DNA of 62,431 bases, the filler included, from Hausera hauseri (lineage: Eukaryota): assembly GCA_046269625.1 (NCBI GenBank). It is 11 parts of 11 records of this genome, joined end to end, with 100 filler letters (N's around TTAATTAATTAA, not from the genome) between each part and the next. Parts side by side here need not be neighbours in the genome. Positions count along the whole stretch, not along the records: positions 1 to 6,084 come from JBJURY010143091.1; positions 6,185 to 11,240 come from JBJURY010349379.1; 9 more parts are not named here. The stretch is one strand, 5' to 3'. Position 1 is the stretch's first letter, and each line of letters opens with the position of its first letter. This document shows, piece after piece, positions 1 through 10,779 of this stretch. Position numbers and translations under genes: made by a program. The notes beneath the pieces were generated by a model. The model saw only the letters and a program-made list of their open reading frames with translations. It was not told where the DNA came from and did not search any database.

Positions 1-835
1 ATTATAAAAGTTTATATAACATTTATCTCCTTCATTCGGGAAATGAGCCTTATTTTCCTTCTTTTTTGAATTTCCTGGCTTTCTGTTGGCTCTATTGAAT
101 TATCTTTGAATGAAATTTAAACATTAATATCAATTTCAATTTCTCCTCACAGGGTACATGAGACATTTCGCGACTAATAAAATCAAACAATTTCGTTTTC
201 TGAGCCGGTAAATCGACAGACTGGTGTTACACCGTCGTTTCTTTCAACGTTAAGTCCACGTTTAATTGATGCAGAGCAACAGAAAGTTTATTCAAATTTT
301 TACCCGAAAGCCGTTTTACACGATTGCTGTAGTTTGGTGTACATAGAGACAAGAGATCATTCAATGAAATCAGTGTAGGCGTTTGCGGAAAATGCATTTC
401 ATACTTGCAAAAAATTCGTTTCGGTAAAAATATCTGTTTGTCGCGACTCCGACGGTTTTGATTTTCGTTTGCGTATTCCAATTATTGCATTTTGCCTTTT
501 AATGTCGGTTTGGCTGCTGATGATTTCTGAGCAAGTTTCTTTTGCTTCCAGACAATCGACATTTTAATCGTCCTGCAGATAATTGCTATCAGAAGGTTTT
601 TCTAATTTTTGGGCAGGTTCTGTTTTCGTTTCCAGCAATTTGACATTAGAATTGTTTTTTTGTAGCCAAACAACCACAACCAATCTGAACTTTCATCATT
701 GCTGCCACTACTATTGAGTAGAATCGTTTTATCGTCTTTCATGACAGTAATGTCTGAATGAGCATGGGTGTAGTAATTATAGTTTGTGCAGAGTACATTA
801 TTTTGATTCACTAAAACATTTATGTGGTTTTAAAT

Positions 836-1260
836 TTAATTAATAATTGGTTCATAGTCCACTGTTCGCATACCGAGTACAACAATTTTTCCACTGCTAA
901 ACACATTGACACAAAGTGGGCAAAACGATGTCAGCCTCGAGGCAGGAAACAGTTCGGATTCATACGTACATTCAGTGGCCATTGCTAATTTGTACAAATT
1001 GATTGATGGACAGTCTAACTTATTTGTTACCGTTATTGAATGAAATTGGCCAATGACAATTCCGAGTGGCTGTAGTTGTTGCTGACAGCTGTGATTTGTT
1101 TGCCACAACCCATAATACGACACTTTCCCGATTGAAATATGATGCATGTAAAATCCTGTGGACACTTGAAGACATACTACCTCGGATTCCATTGGCTAAA
1201 AAGTAGTGTGTTAATGTCACACTCGGTAACATGACTGCGATATTTGATATTAGCTAACAT
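836..1260 (-). pseudogene. Compact TATA-binding-protein (TBP)-like gene, one stop and one frameshift
   Basis: From ATG 1260: MLANIKYR...WNPR*YVFKCPQDFTCIIFQSGKCRIMGC (TBP repeat 1: LQNIV..YNPKRF..TALIFSSGKMVCTG). After a frameshift around 1040-1095: INLYKLAMATECTYESELFPASRLTSFCPLCVNVFSSGKIVVLG (repeat 2: IRLEGL..YEPELFPGL..LIFVSGKVVLTG). In-frame TAG at 1177-1179. Confidence 0.8.
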
Positions 1261-1351
1261 TATGGAAACAGTTTATAGCTATTTATATGCGTGTAACACG
1301 ATTATAAACAAATCATGTGAGGAAAGGTTGTATTATTTTTACTACTATTAG

Positions 1352-1972
1352 ATGAAGCTGCAGAATGATGCAATTTTCCAGATGGTAGGCCCCAGTGGAA
1401 GTGGGCAAACACACTTTGTGTGTAAACTGTTGCAGGACTACCGTGACATGTTCCATTCACAACGGTACAATCACATACTGGCATCAGGGTGTTGGTGATG
1501 ATGGTGAGTTCGGTTTGACATATCGGGAATTTTGTAAATTAAAATCGATAATGGTAATTGATGGGTTTGAATAAACTGGTCAGAAATATTACGCAACGGT
1601 GACATTATTGTCATTGACGATTTATTTCAAGAGGCAACGAAACAATCGGACTTCAACAACCTGTTCACGAAGATTGCACGACACCGTGGCGTAACGGTTA
1701 TTTTCATTACGCAAAACACGTTCCATCAGGGCGGACAACATCGAACAAGAAATCTAAACATACTATTTGGTGTGTTCCGAAATCCACGTGATCAGACTAT
1801 ATTGATTATGTTGCACGACAAGCATTTACTCACAACCGAGCCTACTTGATAGATGCATATCATAATGCTACAAACAAACCGCATGGATCTGTTTATTGAC
1901 ATTAGACAACACTGCCCCGACGACATGAGTGCAAGAACAGACATTTTCAATAAGAAAGGTGTATGTGCCTAA
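1352..1972 (+). pseudogene. Polinton FtsK/A32-like DNA packaging ATPase (frameshifted)
   Basis: MKLQNDAIFQMVGPSGSGQT (Walker A at 1388-1411, K>Q), IVIDDLF (Walker B), LFTKIARHRGVTVIFITQN (Arg-finger region), RTRNLN, NPRD, AYHNAT, RTDIF. Confidence 0.88.
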
Positions 1973-2009
1973 ACAAATTCGAAATTGGAAGACATGATTA
2001 TGATAAAAA

Positions 2010-2201
2010 ATGAAGAATTTCCGAGAAACAATTGTTAAACGTAAACAATCTAATACCAAGCGGGTGTCCGGCGGCAAGAAACGTGTATCAAAAGGAAGCT
2101 CCGCTACAGTCAAGCGATTAATCAATTCTGTACTTCGAACAACAGCAGCAGCAGCAGCAGCAACTAGACGCAAATTACCGTCTCAGTGGCAACGGTTATA
2201 A
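2010..2201 (+). CDS. Small Lys/Arg-rich protein, putative virion core DNA-condensing protein
   Basis: 63 aa, very basic, contains VSGG (adenain-type xxGG site), sits inside the Polinton morphogenetic module. Function is inferred. Confidence 0.45.
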   Translation: MKNFRETIVKRKQSNTKRVSGGKKRVSKGSSATVKRLINSVLRTTAAAAAATRRKLPSQWQRL

Positions 2202-2208
2202 ACAACTA

Positions 2209-2536
2209 ATGTCTCATCAGTATCAATACGTCCAAAATATGCGATTCAAATGTAGTCATCCGTACTTTATTGATTTGCTCAAGGCACCTACGAGACATAA
2301 GCGAAGCATGCTGCGATCATTTCCGGTTTGTAGTAGACGATTTGATTGAAATCGTCCATATCGTTGTGGGTCACGTTGATATTGGTAGTGGAAAGCGGAA
2401 TTTACTAAAGTATCGAAAACGACTCATTTGCCTTGCCAACACCCGTGGTAAACGATTGAAACGAGAGCTTATGTACCATCAAGATGGCGGTTTCCTTGGT
2501 GCAATTCTACCGACTGCCACGTCATTACTGGGTTGA
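2209..2536 (+). pseudogene. Polinton/adintovirus small virion protein ending in QxGGFL plus a hydrophobic tail (pX-like)
   Basis: MSHQ...RSMLRSFP(frameshift)FVVDDLIEIV...LLKYRKRLICLAN..KRELMYHQDGGFLGAILP. The QxGGFL motif resembles the cleavage region of adenovirus core protein X. Confidence 0.65.
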
Positions 2537-2659
2537 CTCATTGGTGGAACAGTTTAGTATAAACAATGACGGTAAGTATATGATGATTTAGCGATATGGG
2601 TGCATGGTTTTCATTTTGCCCCAGTTTACTTTCATTTACGTTTCGTTGCAATTGCTGTA

Positions 2660-3705
2660 ATGCTAACAAAAACAACATCCACGACAACGATTGGCGATGT
2701 GTGGTTGGACCCGCGTCATCCCGTCGGCTATACTGGCGTTGTCAAACTAGCAGACTGTCAAACAGACTCGGCAACAGACCCAACGTGGGCTCGGGAAACA
2801 GTTAGCATGCAGCCTAAAAAAACCGATAAGGCGGTTTCCAACTCGTGCATACCGTGCTGCCGGTGCAAATAATGTATGGCAAATGGATCTAATGGAAATG
2901 ATTCCGTACGCCAGCATCAATGATGGATATCGGTACGTGCTGACATGTGTTGATGTGTCTAGTCGTTTTGCACGTGCAATTGCCGTGAAATCTAAATCCG
3001 GTAGAGATTACCGATGCTGTTCCCAGATTAATTGAAAAACCACCAAAACATGTACAAACGGATTTGGGTAAGGAATTCTACAACGCCCACGTTGCAACGG
3101 TCTTGAAACGGTTCGGCGTAAACCACTACTAGGTGTTTTCCCAATACAAGGCTGCACTCGTTGAATAATTTAATCGAACATTGCGCGGTCGCCCAAATTC
3201 TTTAAGAAGCAGGGCAACAAACGCTGGATAGATGTACTACCCGATATTATTCATGCATACAATCATTCGACACATCGTGGTATCAATGGATTACGGCCAG
3301 TTGACGTGCTCGATGATTTGAACATGCGACTTTATCAAAACAACAACGAACAATAAGGGCGCCAGGCAATTAAACGTCGCCCAAAATATAAAATCGGTGC
3401 TTACGTACGTATTTCGAAAATAAGTATGACGCCATTCATTAAGAATTTCAATCAGAACTGAAGCGATGAGGTTTTCGGAATTTCATTAATCAACACAAAA
3501 CAAATACCTTTGAGAAGATGAAAACGGTGAGGAAATACGCGGTAAATTCTACTAACAGGAACTGCAGGTACTGCCCGAGAAACCCGATGTATATCTTATT
3601 CAGGAAATTCTACGTTCACGCGGCAAAGGCTCTAATAAACAATATCTGATCAAGTGGCACGGATACACTACACCGAGTTGGATATTTACATCACAAAGTC
3701 AGTGA
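2660..3705 (+). pseudogene. Polinton c-integrase (rve) with C-terminal chromodomain
   Basis: WLDPRHPVGYTGVVKL; VWQMDLMEM..YRYVLTCVDVSSRFA; VQTDLGKEFYN; KAALVE*FNRTL; WIDVLPDIIHAYN; GKFY*QELQ; YLIQEIL..QYLIKWHGY..SWI. Several stops and frameshifts. Confidence 0.92.
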
Positions 3706-4750
3706 GCAGCAGCATTTACTTGGTACTTGATAGTAACAGATCATTATCATAACATGACGACAATGACAATATCGCTAAACAGTTTACCATACACTTGGGC
3801 AGACCGGTTGATTTACGCCACGGGGCCTGGGAAGTGGCTGTGATGGAATTCACATTTACATGTTCGCCAATGATAATACGTCAGAACAGTGGTATTTACT
3901 TTACCCGACAAGAAACGTACCTTATTTCAAGTCGTTTGCGGACAATCCTACACAATAACCAATATATTCTTCGCAATTGTTCGCGAGAAAATTTCTCGGT
4001 TTATGCTTATTTTTCAAACTACCGTAGGAAACTAAAGCATCGAAATCCCATGGAAATGCAGTTTAATTCTATAGCTGATGCTCAGGCATGGGGTTTTTAA
4101 TCAGTCAATGTACACTCAAAACGTTATAATTTGTGAAAAATTGGACCTTTCATCCAATGCGGAATCCGACATTAAGGTAAAGTGGACTAAATCAGAATCA
4201 GTCTTCCGCTCACATATTACACCACACGATTTAATAATGGAAAGGGAACTGGAATTGTGTGAATATGTCAAGAAAACGGCTACATTAGCTGTAAAGACAT
4301 GTGAAATAAACGCAGATGGTCATATTTCGCTTACACTACACGACAATATAACATAGTTTGCCTTTGATGAATTATTGGTTCGGAATCTGGGTTTTTCAAA
4401 ACTCGAATTCTATGAAACCATTCTTGGACAATCTATTGTTGCCAAATACAAACCGCAGCTGTATGGGGCATTTCACCGAATCAACATTTTAGCGGACTTA
4501 ACCGAATCCGTACTCGTTGGTGGAGAACGTAAACAACTACTGGCTTCTATCGAACTTGATTCTGGCACGTACGAAACATCGAGGGAAACTGTTTGCGTTA
4601 ATATGTTCAGACCCATGTACTTATCATTATCTCACAATATTGTGCAGTATTTCCGTGTATATGCTTGATGAATTTTGGGAACCCATTAAATTTCTGTTCG
4701 GGTCAACGACACGTTTGACGTTACATTTTCGACGTCGTCAACGTCGATAA
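3706..4750 (+). pseudogene. Penton / minor capsid protein-like gene, copy 1
   Basis: N-terminal IYLVLDSN..FTIHLGRPVDLRHGAWEVAVMEF; C-terminal INILADLTESVLVGGERKQLL..RPMYLSL..LTLHFRRR. These match the Polinton penton termini. Confidence 0.8.
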
Positions 4751-4795
4751 TAAACAAACTGCGTCATCATCACCACCAACATCATCATCGAGATC

Positions 4796-5827
4796 ATGAG
4801 TATTTACATGGTGTTGCCGAGCAACAGTTGTCCGACGACTCGTCCGCACAATTTTGCTAGTGAATATGTTGTAGATTGGAACAATCCTTTGGATTTATCT
4901 GCTTGACAATGGGAGGTTGCACTGACGGAATTTAACTTCCTACGCACCGGTGACATTGAAAGGTAGTATGAAAATAACGTACAAGACTATTACTGAAACC
5001 AAAACACATTCTTGTCCTCTGACACTTACTGACAATGAAATAACAGCTGGAGAATCGACCATTTGCACGACAAGTACAACATACGTTTTTTACGGCAAGA
5101 TTGGTGTTTTTATTTGAGGGGAAAACTTAGTTTTTATGGCAGATTTTGAATTTACTGTCACCTTTGAGTCCTCTGAATGTGGCACAGAAATTTGGATTCA
5201 AAAATATAGAGTACAAAGGTAAAGATATTAAAAGTTAATATACAGTTGCTCTAAGATTAAGTCCCGTATATTACCAGACAACGGTGAAATTTACCTATAC
5301 AACAGAAAAGGTGTCAACATCATACGTATCGATTGAAGACAATGTCTATTGCGAATCTGTAGCACATGTCTGTCAATACTTTTCAAATCAAAAGTTCAAG
5401 GAGATATTTAAAGTCTTAGAGTCAGATGCAAATGGGTATATTAAATTTGAACTGGCTAAGGATATTGTCGACATTTCATTCCACAAAGCTTTGGCCATGG
5501 TATTGAGTTTTGGAAAACAGCGGTTTGAGGCATTGAATACGAAGACGGCGGCGGCACATGTTGCAACACTTAAACCCAAATTGAAAACTGGACTAAGTCA
5601 AATGTACATTTACGTTAATGTCACCGAACCGATTTTGGTTGGTAGAGTACGTGTACCGATACCCCGTGAAATTTATCCGGAAAGCAGCAAGTATATTGCT
5701 GGCAACTACTTCTATAAACAATGTTGAAGTGAATATCCGATGTGACGCGGGCTTCTTTATTGAATTTCCTTACGGTACCACAACCAATCTAACTCTTCAT
5801 TTCCGTCGAAACCGAGAACATGATTGA
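4796..5827 (+). pseudogene. Penton / minor capsid protein-like gene, copy 2
   Basis: MSIYMVLPSNSCP..HNFASEYVVDWNNPLDLSA*QWEVALTEF at the N terminus; MYIYVNVTEPILVG...VEVNIRCDAG..NLTLHFRR at the C terminus. Confidence 0.8.
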
Positions 5828-6084
5828 TTCTGAAATCGTTTCCATTTACAGTAAACCGCAGCAGGGCGGTGAACTTCCGTATTTCGTTGGTAAACAGTAT
5901 GGCTCTGGATGGTTGCGTACATTGGCACGCTTAGCATTTCCGGTGTTGAAACGTATTGGAGCCGTGGCAGCAAAAGCAGCACAGGACGTACTATATGAAA
6001 ACAAATTGATTTTACCATCACTGAAGGAACACGCCTTGACAGAAATAAAAAGCGCTGCACCGGGAGTCGTTGAATCAGTCAGAA
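5820..6084 (+). CDS. Polinton/adintovirus QxGG-QxGxG virion precursor protein with an amphipathic helix (3' truncated by contig end)
   Basis: YSKPQQGGELPYFVGKQYGSGWLRTLARLAFPVLK; this gene typically follows the penton in these elements. Confidence 0.7.
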
Positions 6085-6184
6085 NNNNNNNNNNNNNNNN
6101 NNNNNNNNNNNNNNNNNNNNNNNNNNNNTTAATTAATTAANNNNNNNNNNNNNNNNNNNNNNNNNNNNNNNNNNNNNNNNNNNN
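6085..6184. other. Artificial contig spacer (N44-TTAATTAATTAA-N44); identical spacers at 11241-11340, 18698-18797, 22806-22905, 27689-27788, 32456-32555, 37369-37468, 43437-43536, 51724-51823, 56851-56950
   Basis: Directly visible: N runs flanking a six-frame stop linker, repeated 10 times. Confidence 0.99.
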
Positions 6185-6959
6185 TCTTAAAGTTGTGTCT
6201 TCGTTTGCACTTTCTGAGGATGAAACAGTTATTTACTAAGGCAAAGTATTTTTAAAGGCTTCAATGTTTTGTTATTCTTTGTGAGTTGTTTGCCATTTGT
6301 GTCATTTATTAGGTGCGAGTTCTTCCTGTGATTCCTTCAAGACTACTCAATAGCCTCCATTCATTCTTATCATCACGTCTCATATCTTATGAAATGTATG
6401 TTTGTGATCAAACTTTCCTTTTGTCTTCTTTTGTTCATAGTCAATTGTTATTATTTTCTATATGTCATCCAGTTTTCTTGAGTCTTTTTAAATACCAATG
6501 TCCTTGCTTTTTTTCCTCCCCTACTATGTTTTCTTGCAGAGTCTGGTTTCAATTTACTTTGATTTGTTTATGTTTCGCGAGTTGGACTGTTTTGCTGTAT
6601 TTAGTAATGTACAGCTAAAGTGAAAGTAGTATTGATATTGAAGCAGACTCACGTCTGTTTTATCTCACTGGTATCTGTCTAACAGAGAACAGCAAGTTTT
6701 TCTATATTGTTCCATGATGTCTGTGGTTGTTTGTGTATGTGTCTGTAGCTGTTGTAACTCCGCTGGATCACCATGGGGTGATATGCCTTTCCCAAGCCCG
6801 AGTGAAGAAATAGGGTTGGACGCAAAATTATGAAGACAGTTTAGAAGATTCTTCTATAACCCAGGACCGTCTCAATGATCGGGATTTGGAGAGCGCGAAC
6901 TGAAATAAGCCATCCAGGTAGCCAAGGAAAAGGATAATTAGAGATTGGATATTTTTTGT

Positions 6960-7100
6960 TATCTCAGCGAGGATAATTGTGCTATGCTCCGACCAATAAT
7001 GCAGAAGATGCTACCACAGAAATTTTCTTCAACCAACCGGAACATACCAACCACAACGTGCCAGCAAGGGATATAATAATCGTGATGAGAGAGATAACAA
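6960..7100 (+). mobile_element. RTE-like LINE endonuclease remnant
   Basis: CYAPTNNAE..FFNQ..VPARDIIIVM matches the AP endonuclease pattern YAPT...D.IIV.GD. Confidence 0.55.
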
Positions 7101-7439
7101 GAACTGTTGGTAGAATTCTGCAGCTTGAATCAGATGACTGTCAACCCAGTTCTCTATCGACAGATCCATAATGTCACATAGAAATATCCAAACGTGAAAA
7201 CTGAAAAGTGCAAAGAAAATTTGACAGATGCTCAAACACATCAAGGAGTGTATGCAGAAAACTAGCTGTTGGAAAGCAAATGGCCAAATAGCGATAATCA
7301 GGAAAAAAGGACAACAACTGCAATAAAAATACAAAACTGCAAAGTCGGAAAGAAAACAACAATTAAACAAACAATACATTTTGTTGAGTACCATCACCAA
7401 AATTATACACATCAAATATGTTTATGAATTAATTATGGT

Positions 7440-7760
7440 TCAAAAGTAACTAAACAGCTGGGTTTTTAGCCTAAATTTAAAAGAACTTAGCGTTTCGGCT
7501 GTTTTGCTGGAAGTTTGTTCCAGATTTGTGGTGCATAGAAGCTGAATGCTGCTTCTCCATGTTTGGTTCTGGTTCTGGGGATGCAGAGCAGACCAGAACC
7601 AGAAGACCTGAGTGGTCTGGAAGGTTGATACAACAACAGCAAGGAAGCCTCTGACTAAAGATAGTCTGTTTTTCTAAGACAGTCTCATGAAGAGGACAGT
7701 CAGGATTGTCGATAATTTTCTTGATTTTATGTAAAATCCTTCTTTGCATCATCATCTCAA
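7440..7760 (-). mobile_element. Teleost-type LINE fragments (L2-like 3' part plus a Rex1/Babar-like C-terminal piece)
   Basis: The minus strand reads RRILHKIKKIIDNPDCPLHETV..IFSQRL, adjacent to an L2-like 3' sequence with GEAAFS-type similarity. Confidence 0.5.
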
Positions 7761-8254
7761 GAGGATGGACTGGCGACCTGTTCAGGGTGTACCCAGTCTC
7801 TCACCCATTGACAGGTTTATAGGGTGAGAGAATTTTCAAATCATAAAAAAAACAGCTTCTGAGATTCCAAGTAGATGGTGGCATGAAACACAGCAATGAA
7901 GGCTACTTATGGGACAGATCTGGTTGGTTGGCAGGCCACAGACTGATGAAGTTTTCCAGATGGAAGATGAAACGTTTCTCCCTTAAAGAAACTGGTCCAG
8001 ATGAAATGATTTAACCTTTTTTGTATAAAATGTTATATTTTAGTTTACATTGTCCCTGCTCTAGAATGTAGAATACTATCACAAGACATTATTAATAACA
8101 GTAATAAATAATGTCATATAATAGTGAATTGAAACTGTCTTTATTTAGTTAATTTGTGTTATTTTTATCTCCAAAGTGTGGTGCTGGAAAAGTTAAGAAT
8201 GCTTAAAGTGCGCCAATTTTACTGTGGGAAAAGTGTATGAACACTGTTTATTAA

Positions 8255-8932
8255 GGGGTAGCTTTTGTCTGGTCGCTCTACCATACAGGCCTGACTGGTG
8301 GATTGTTGCAGAGATGGTTGTCCTTCTGGAAGGTTCTCCTCCACAGAGGAATGCAGGAGCTCCGACAGAGTGACCATCGGGTTCTTGGTCTGCTCCCTGA
8401 CCAAAGCCCTTCCTTTCCTGATTGCTCAGTTTAGATGGCTGGCTGCTCCAGTTAGGCCTGCTGGTTCTAAACTTCTTCCATTGAGCAATGATGGAGGTCG
8501 CTGAGCTCATAGGGGCCTTCAGAGCAGCAGAAATGTTTCTGGATCCTTCCCAAGATTTGTGTCTCAAGACAATCCTTTCTCAGAAGTCTATATACAATTC
8601 CTTTCATGCTAGGTGTTTGACCTCTAACCTGCACTGTCAAATGTGGGACCTTTATATACACAGGTGTGTGCCTTTAAAAATCAAGTCCAATCAACTGGAT
8701 TTAATACAGCTGAACCCCATTTAAACTGAAAAAACATCAGAAGGGTGATCAGTGGAAACAACTCAAATTTTGAGCTTCATAGTAAAGACTGTGAATATGT
8801 AAATGTAATTTTTTGGTTTTCTATTTTTAATAAATTTACAAAACACAAACTGTTTTTAACAATGTAATACTGGTGTATTTGTAGAATTTTGTGGGAAAAG
8901 TGAAGCGCTGTTAACACTTTTTGGATGCACGG
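8255..8932 (-). mobile_element. Tc1-like DNA transposon, left end with degenerate transposase N terminus
   Basis: RHKSWEGSRNISAALKAP..WKKF, VREQTKNPMVTLSEL, EPSRRTTISATIHQSGLYGR. The terminus (reverse complement CCGTGCATCCAAAAAGTGTTAACAGCGC) resembles the fish Tc1 TIR CAGTGCATCCGGAAAGT. Confidence 0.85.
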
Positions 8933-9015
8933 CACAAAATGATTTGAAATAATTTTGTCATTTAGTTAGTATTTCAGTGGTTCATTGGTTTTGTCTCTAT
9001 TTTACTTTGATAAAG

Positions 9016-9330
9016 GATTCAGATGGGCCAGCTGCACAGAGGGCTATTGAACAACTAACTGTGGGAATCTACAGTATAAAGGTGGAGGGAGGAGATGCCA
9101 CAACTCCATCAGATGTTGGGCTTGTGGTGGAAGGAGTGGAACTACTTGAGGACCTGGGTGACGCTGCATCGGCATGTGCAGTCTTGATGGGGGTTATATA
9201 TGCAGTCAACTTGTGCTACCCGAAAGAACTGAGAGTCTTCTTTGAGGTCCTTCAGAAGATCTTGCTCCAACTTGATGTAGGAAGACTTTCGACAAAGGCA
9301 CAAATGTTGAAAAACAAACTATATGAATGA
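9016..9330 (+). CDS. Terminal exon of a fish SAMD3-like protein, probably transposon-borne
   Basis: Splice acceptor AG at 9014-9015; DVGLVVEGVELL..ACAVLMGVIYAVNLCYPKELRVFFEVLQKILLQLD..LSTKAQMLKNKL is the typical C-terminal domain of this teleost family. Confidence 0.6.
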   Translation, partial: DSDGPAAQRAIEQLTVGIYSIKVEGGDATTPSDVGLVVEGVELLEDLGDAASACAVLMGVIYAVNLCYPKELRVFFEVLQKILLQLDVGRLSTKAQMLKNKLYE

Positions 9331-9799
9331 ACATGAAAATATTTGGTAATGAATATACACTGCAAAAACACAAACTCTTACCAAATATTTATCTAGTTTC
9401 TAGTGCAAATAGCTTAGTCCACTTGAATTGATACAAAACTTCCAAGCAAGTCTTCGTGAAGAAATATGAACTTGTTTTAATAATTCCTTAATATTGGAAA
9501 GAAAGAAAAAACTAGTTCTACTGGCATGTTATTTTACTAATAACGAGACATTTTTCCCATGTTTCAAGTGAAATAATCTGCCAGTGGATGTGAGCTTGCA
9601 CCAGGTCGTGCTGCAGATGTTTTGCTGGTTGTGGGCTGTCTTCTGGTCTGTGTTTGGTTGGGATGGGTGGACAGACTGAAGTTCCGTTTTCTCCCGACTT
9701 TGGAGAGCGCTGTTGGAGCTACCTCACTAGCCTTTTTGGCTCGTTTGCTGTTGGTCTCCTGAGGGTTTGTATTATTCTGCTTTAAATGTGGGGTAGCAG

Positions 9800-10212
9800 C
9801 TGGGTTCTTCAAATCCAGGCCTCAAGGGCAGATGTCCTGCAACCTATTGATATGTCTCTGCTTCAACACATCTGCTCAAATATGAAGTTGTTAGCAGGAC
9901 TTGGGAGAACTTGACTGAATACTGAGGAGATATCTAAAAAAGTTAAGTCTGGTCCTCTGGACATTCAAAAAACAAAACAAAAATGTAGCACCATTTCGCC
10001 TTTTGTCCGAAAGACTAAATGTTTCTACTTTTTTTGTTTTTTGAATGTCCACAGGACCAGAATTAACTTTTTTACATTTTTCTACCTGGGTTATTGAGCA
10101 CGCATCAGAATACTGAGGAGGTAATTCATCTATTTGATTCAGATGTGTTGGATCAGGGATGTCTAAAAACTGCAGGATGCCAGCCCTCGGAGACTGGATT
10201 TGAGGACCCCTG
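9800..10212. mobile_element. Non-autonomous TIR element (MITE) with a nested palindromic insertion at 9936-10073
   Basis: The outer ends are imperfect inverted repeats (GGGTTCTTCAAATCCAG / CTGGATTTGAGGACCC). The inner arms 9936-9988 and 10025-10073 are reverse complements, bracketed by a 13-bp direct repeat GAATACTGAGGAG (9917, 10108). Confidence 0.65.
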
Positions 10213-10351
10213 ACCCGTGGTTTTGTTTTATTTGCGGTGAAAATTCATATTCCTGTGATTGGAGCGTTGAACAGCTGGATTGTTCCTTAGGTTAATTCTT
10301 CTGCTGATTTGACGTGTAACCCACCAGAAGAATTATTATTATTCAAATGTG

Positions 10352-10662
10352 TTTATAGATTATTTAGATTCAAGATATCCACGTTGTGAGTGTGAATCAG
10401 AATGTTATTGTTAATATTTATGTTGTATTTATAGATGATTTATGGAATAGACGCAAGATATCCAAGTTGTGAGTGTGAATCAGAATGTTATTGTTAATGT
10501 TAATATTTATAGATGATTTATGGAATAGACGCAAGATATCTAAGTTGTGAGTGATAGTGTAACAATTCTCAGTATAAACTACATGAATTGTCCTCTCAAA
10601 TTGTATTTATTTGACCTTGCTTGTTCTCTTTGACCTTGCTTGTTCTCTTTGACCTTGCTTGT
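10352..10662. repeat. Tandem repeats: about 70-80 bp unit x3, then a 19-bp unit (TTTGACCTTGCTTGTTCTC) x about 3
   Basis: Directly visible repeated TTTATAGATGATTTATGGAATAGACGCAAGATATC..GTTGTGAGTG. Confidence 0.8.
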
Positions 10663-10779
10663 TTAGGAGACGTCTGTAAAAGTTTATTTGTCAATGTTTT
10701 TGTGACAGTGTTAAGATTGTTGTGTTTAAGAACTGTGGTGTTAAATAAAGAAAATAACAAAATTACATTAGGCCTACTT

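Larger units (their letters stand above)
836..6084. mobile_element. Degenerate Polinton/Maverick (adintovirus-like) endogenous element, partial
   Basis: Colinear packaging ATPase, QxGGFL small protein, rve integrase with chromodomain, two penton-like genes and a QxGG/QxGxG protein. Many stops and frameshifts. Confidence 0.9.
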
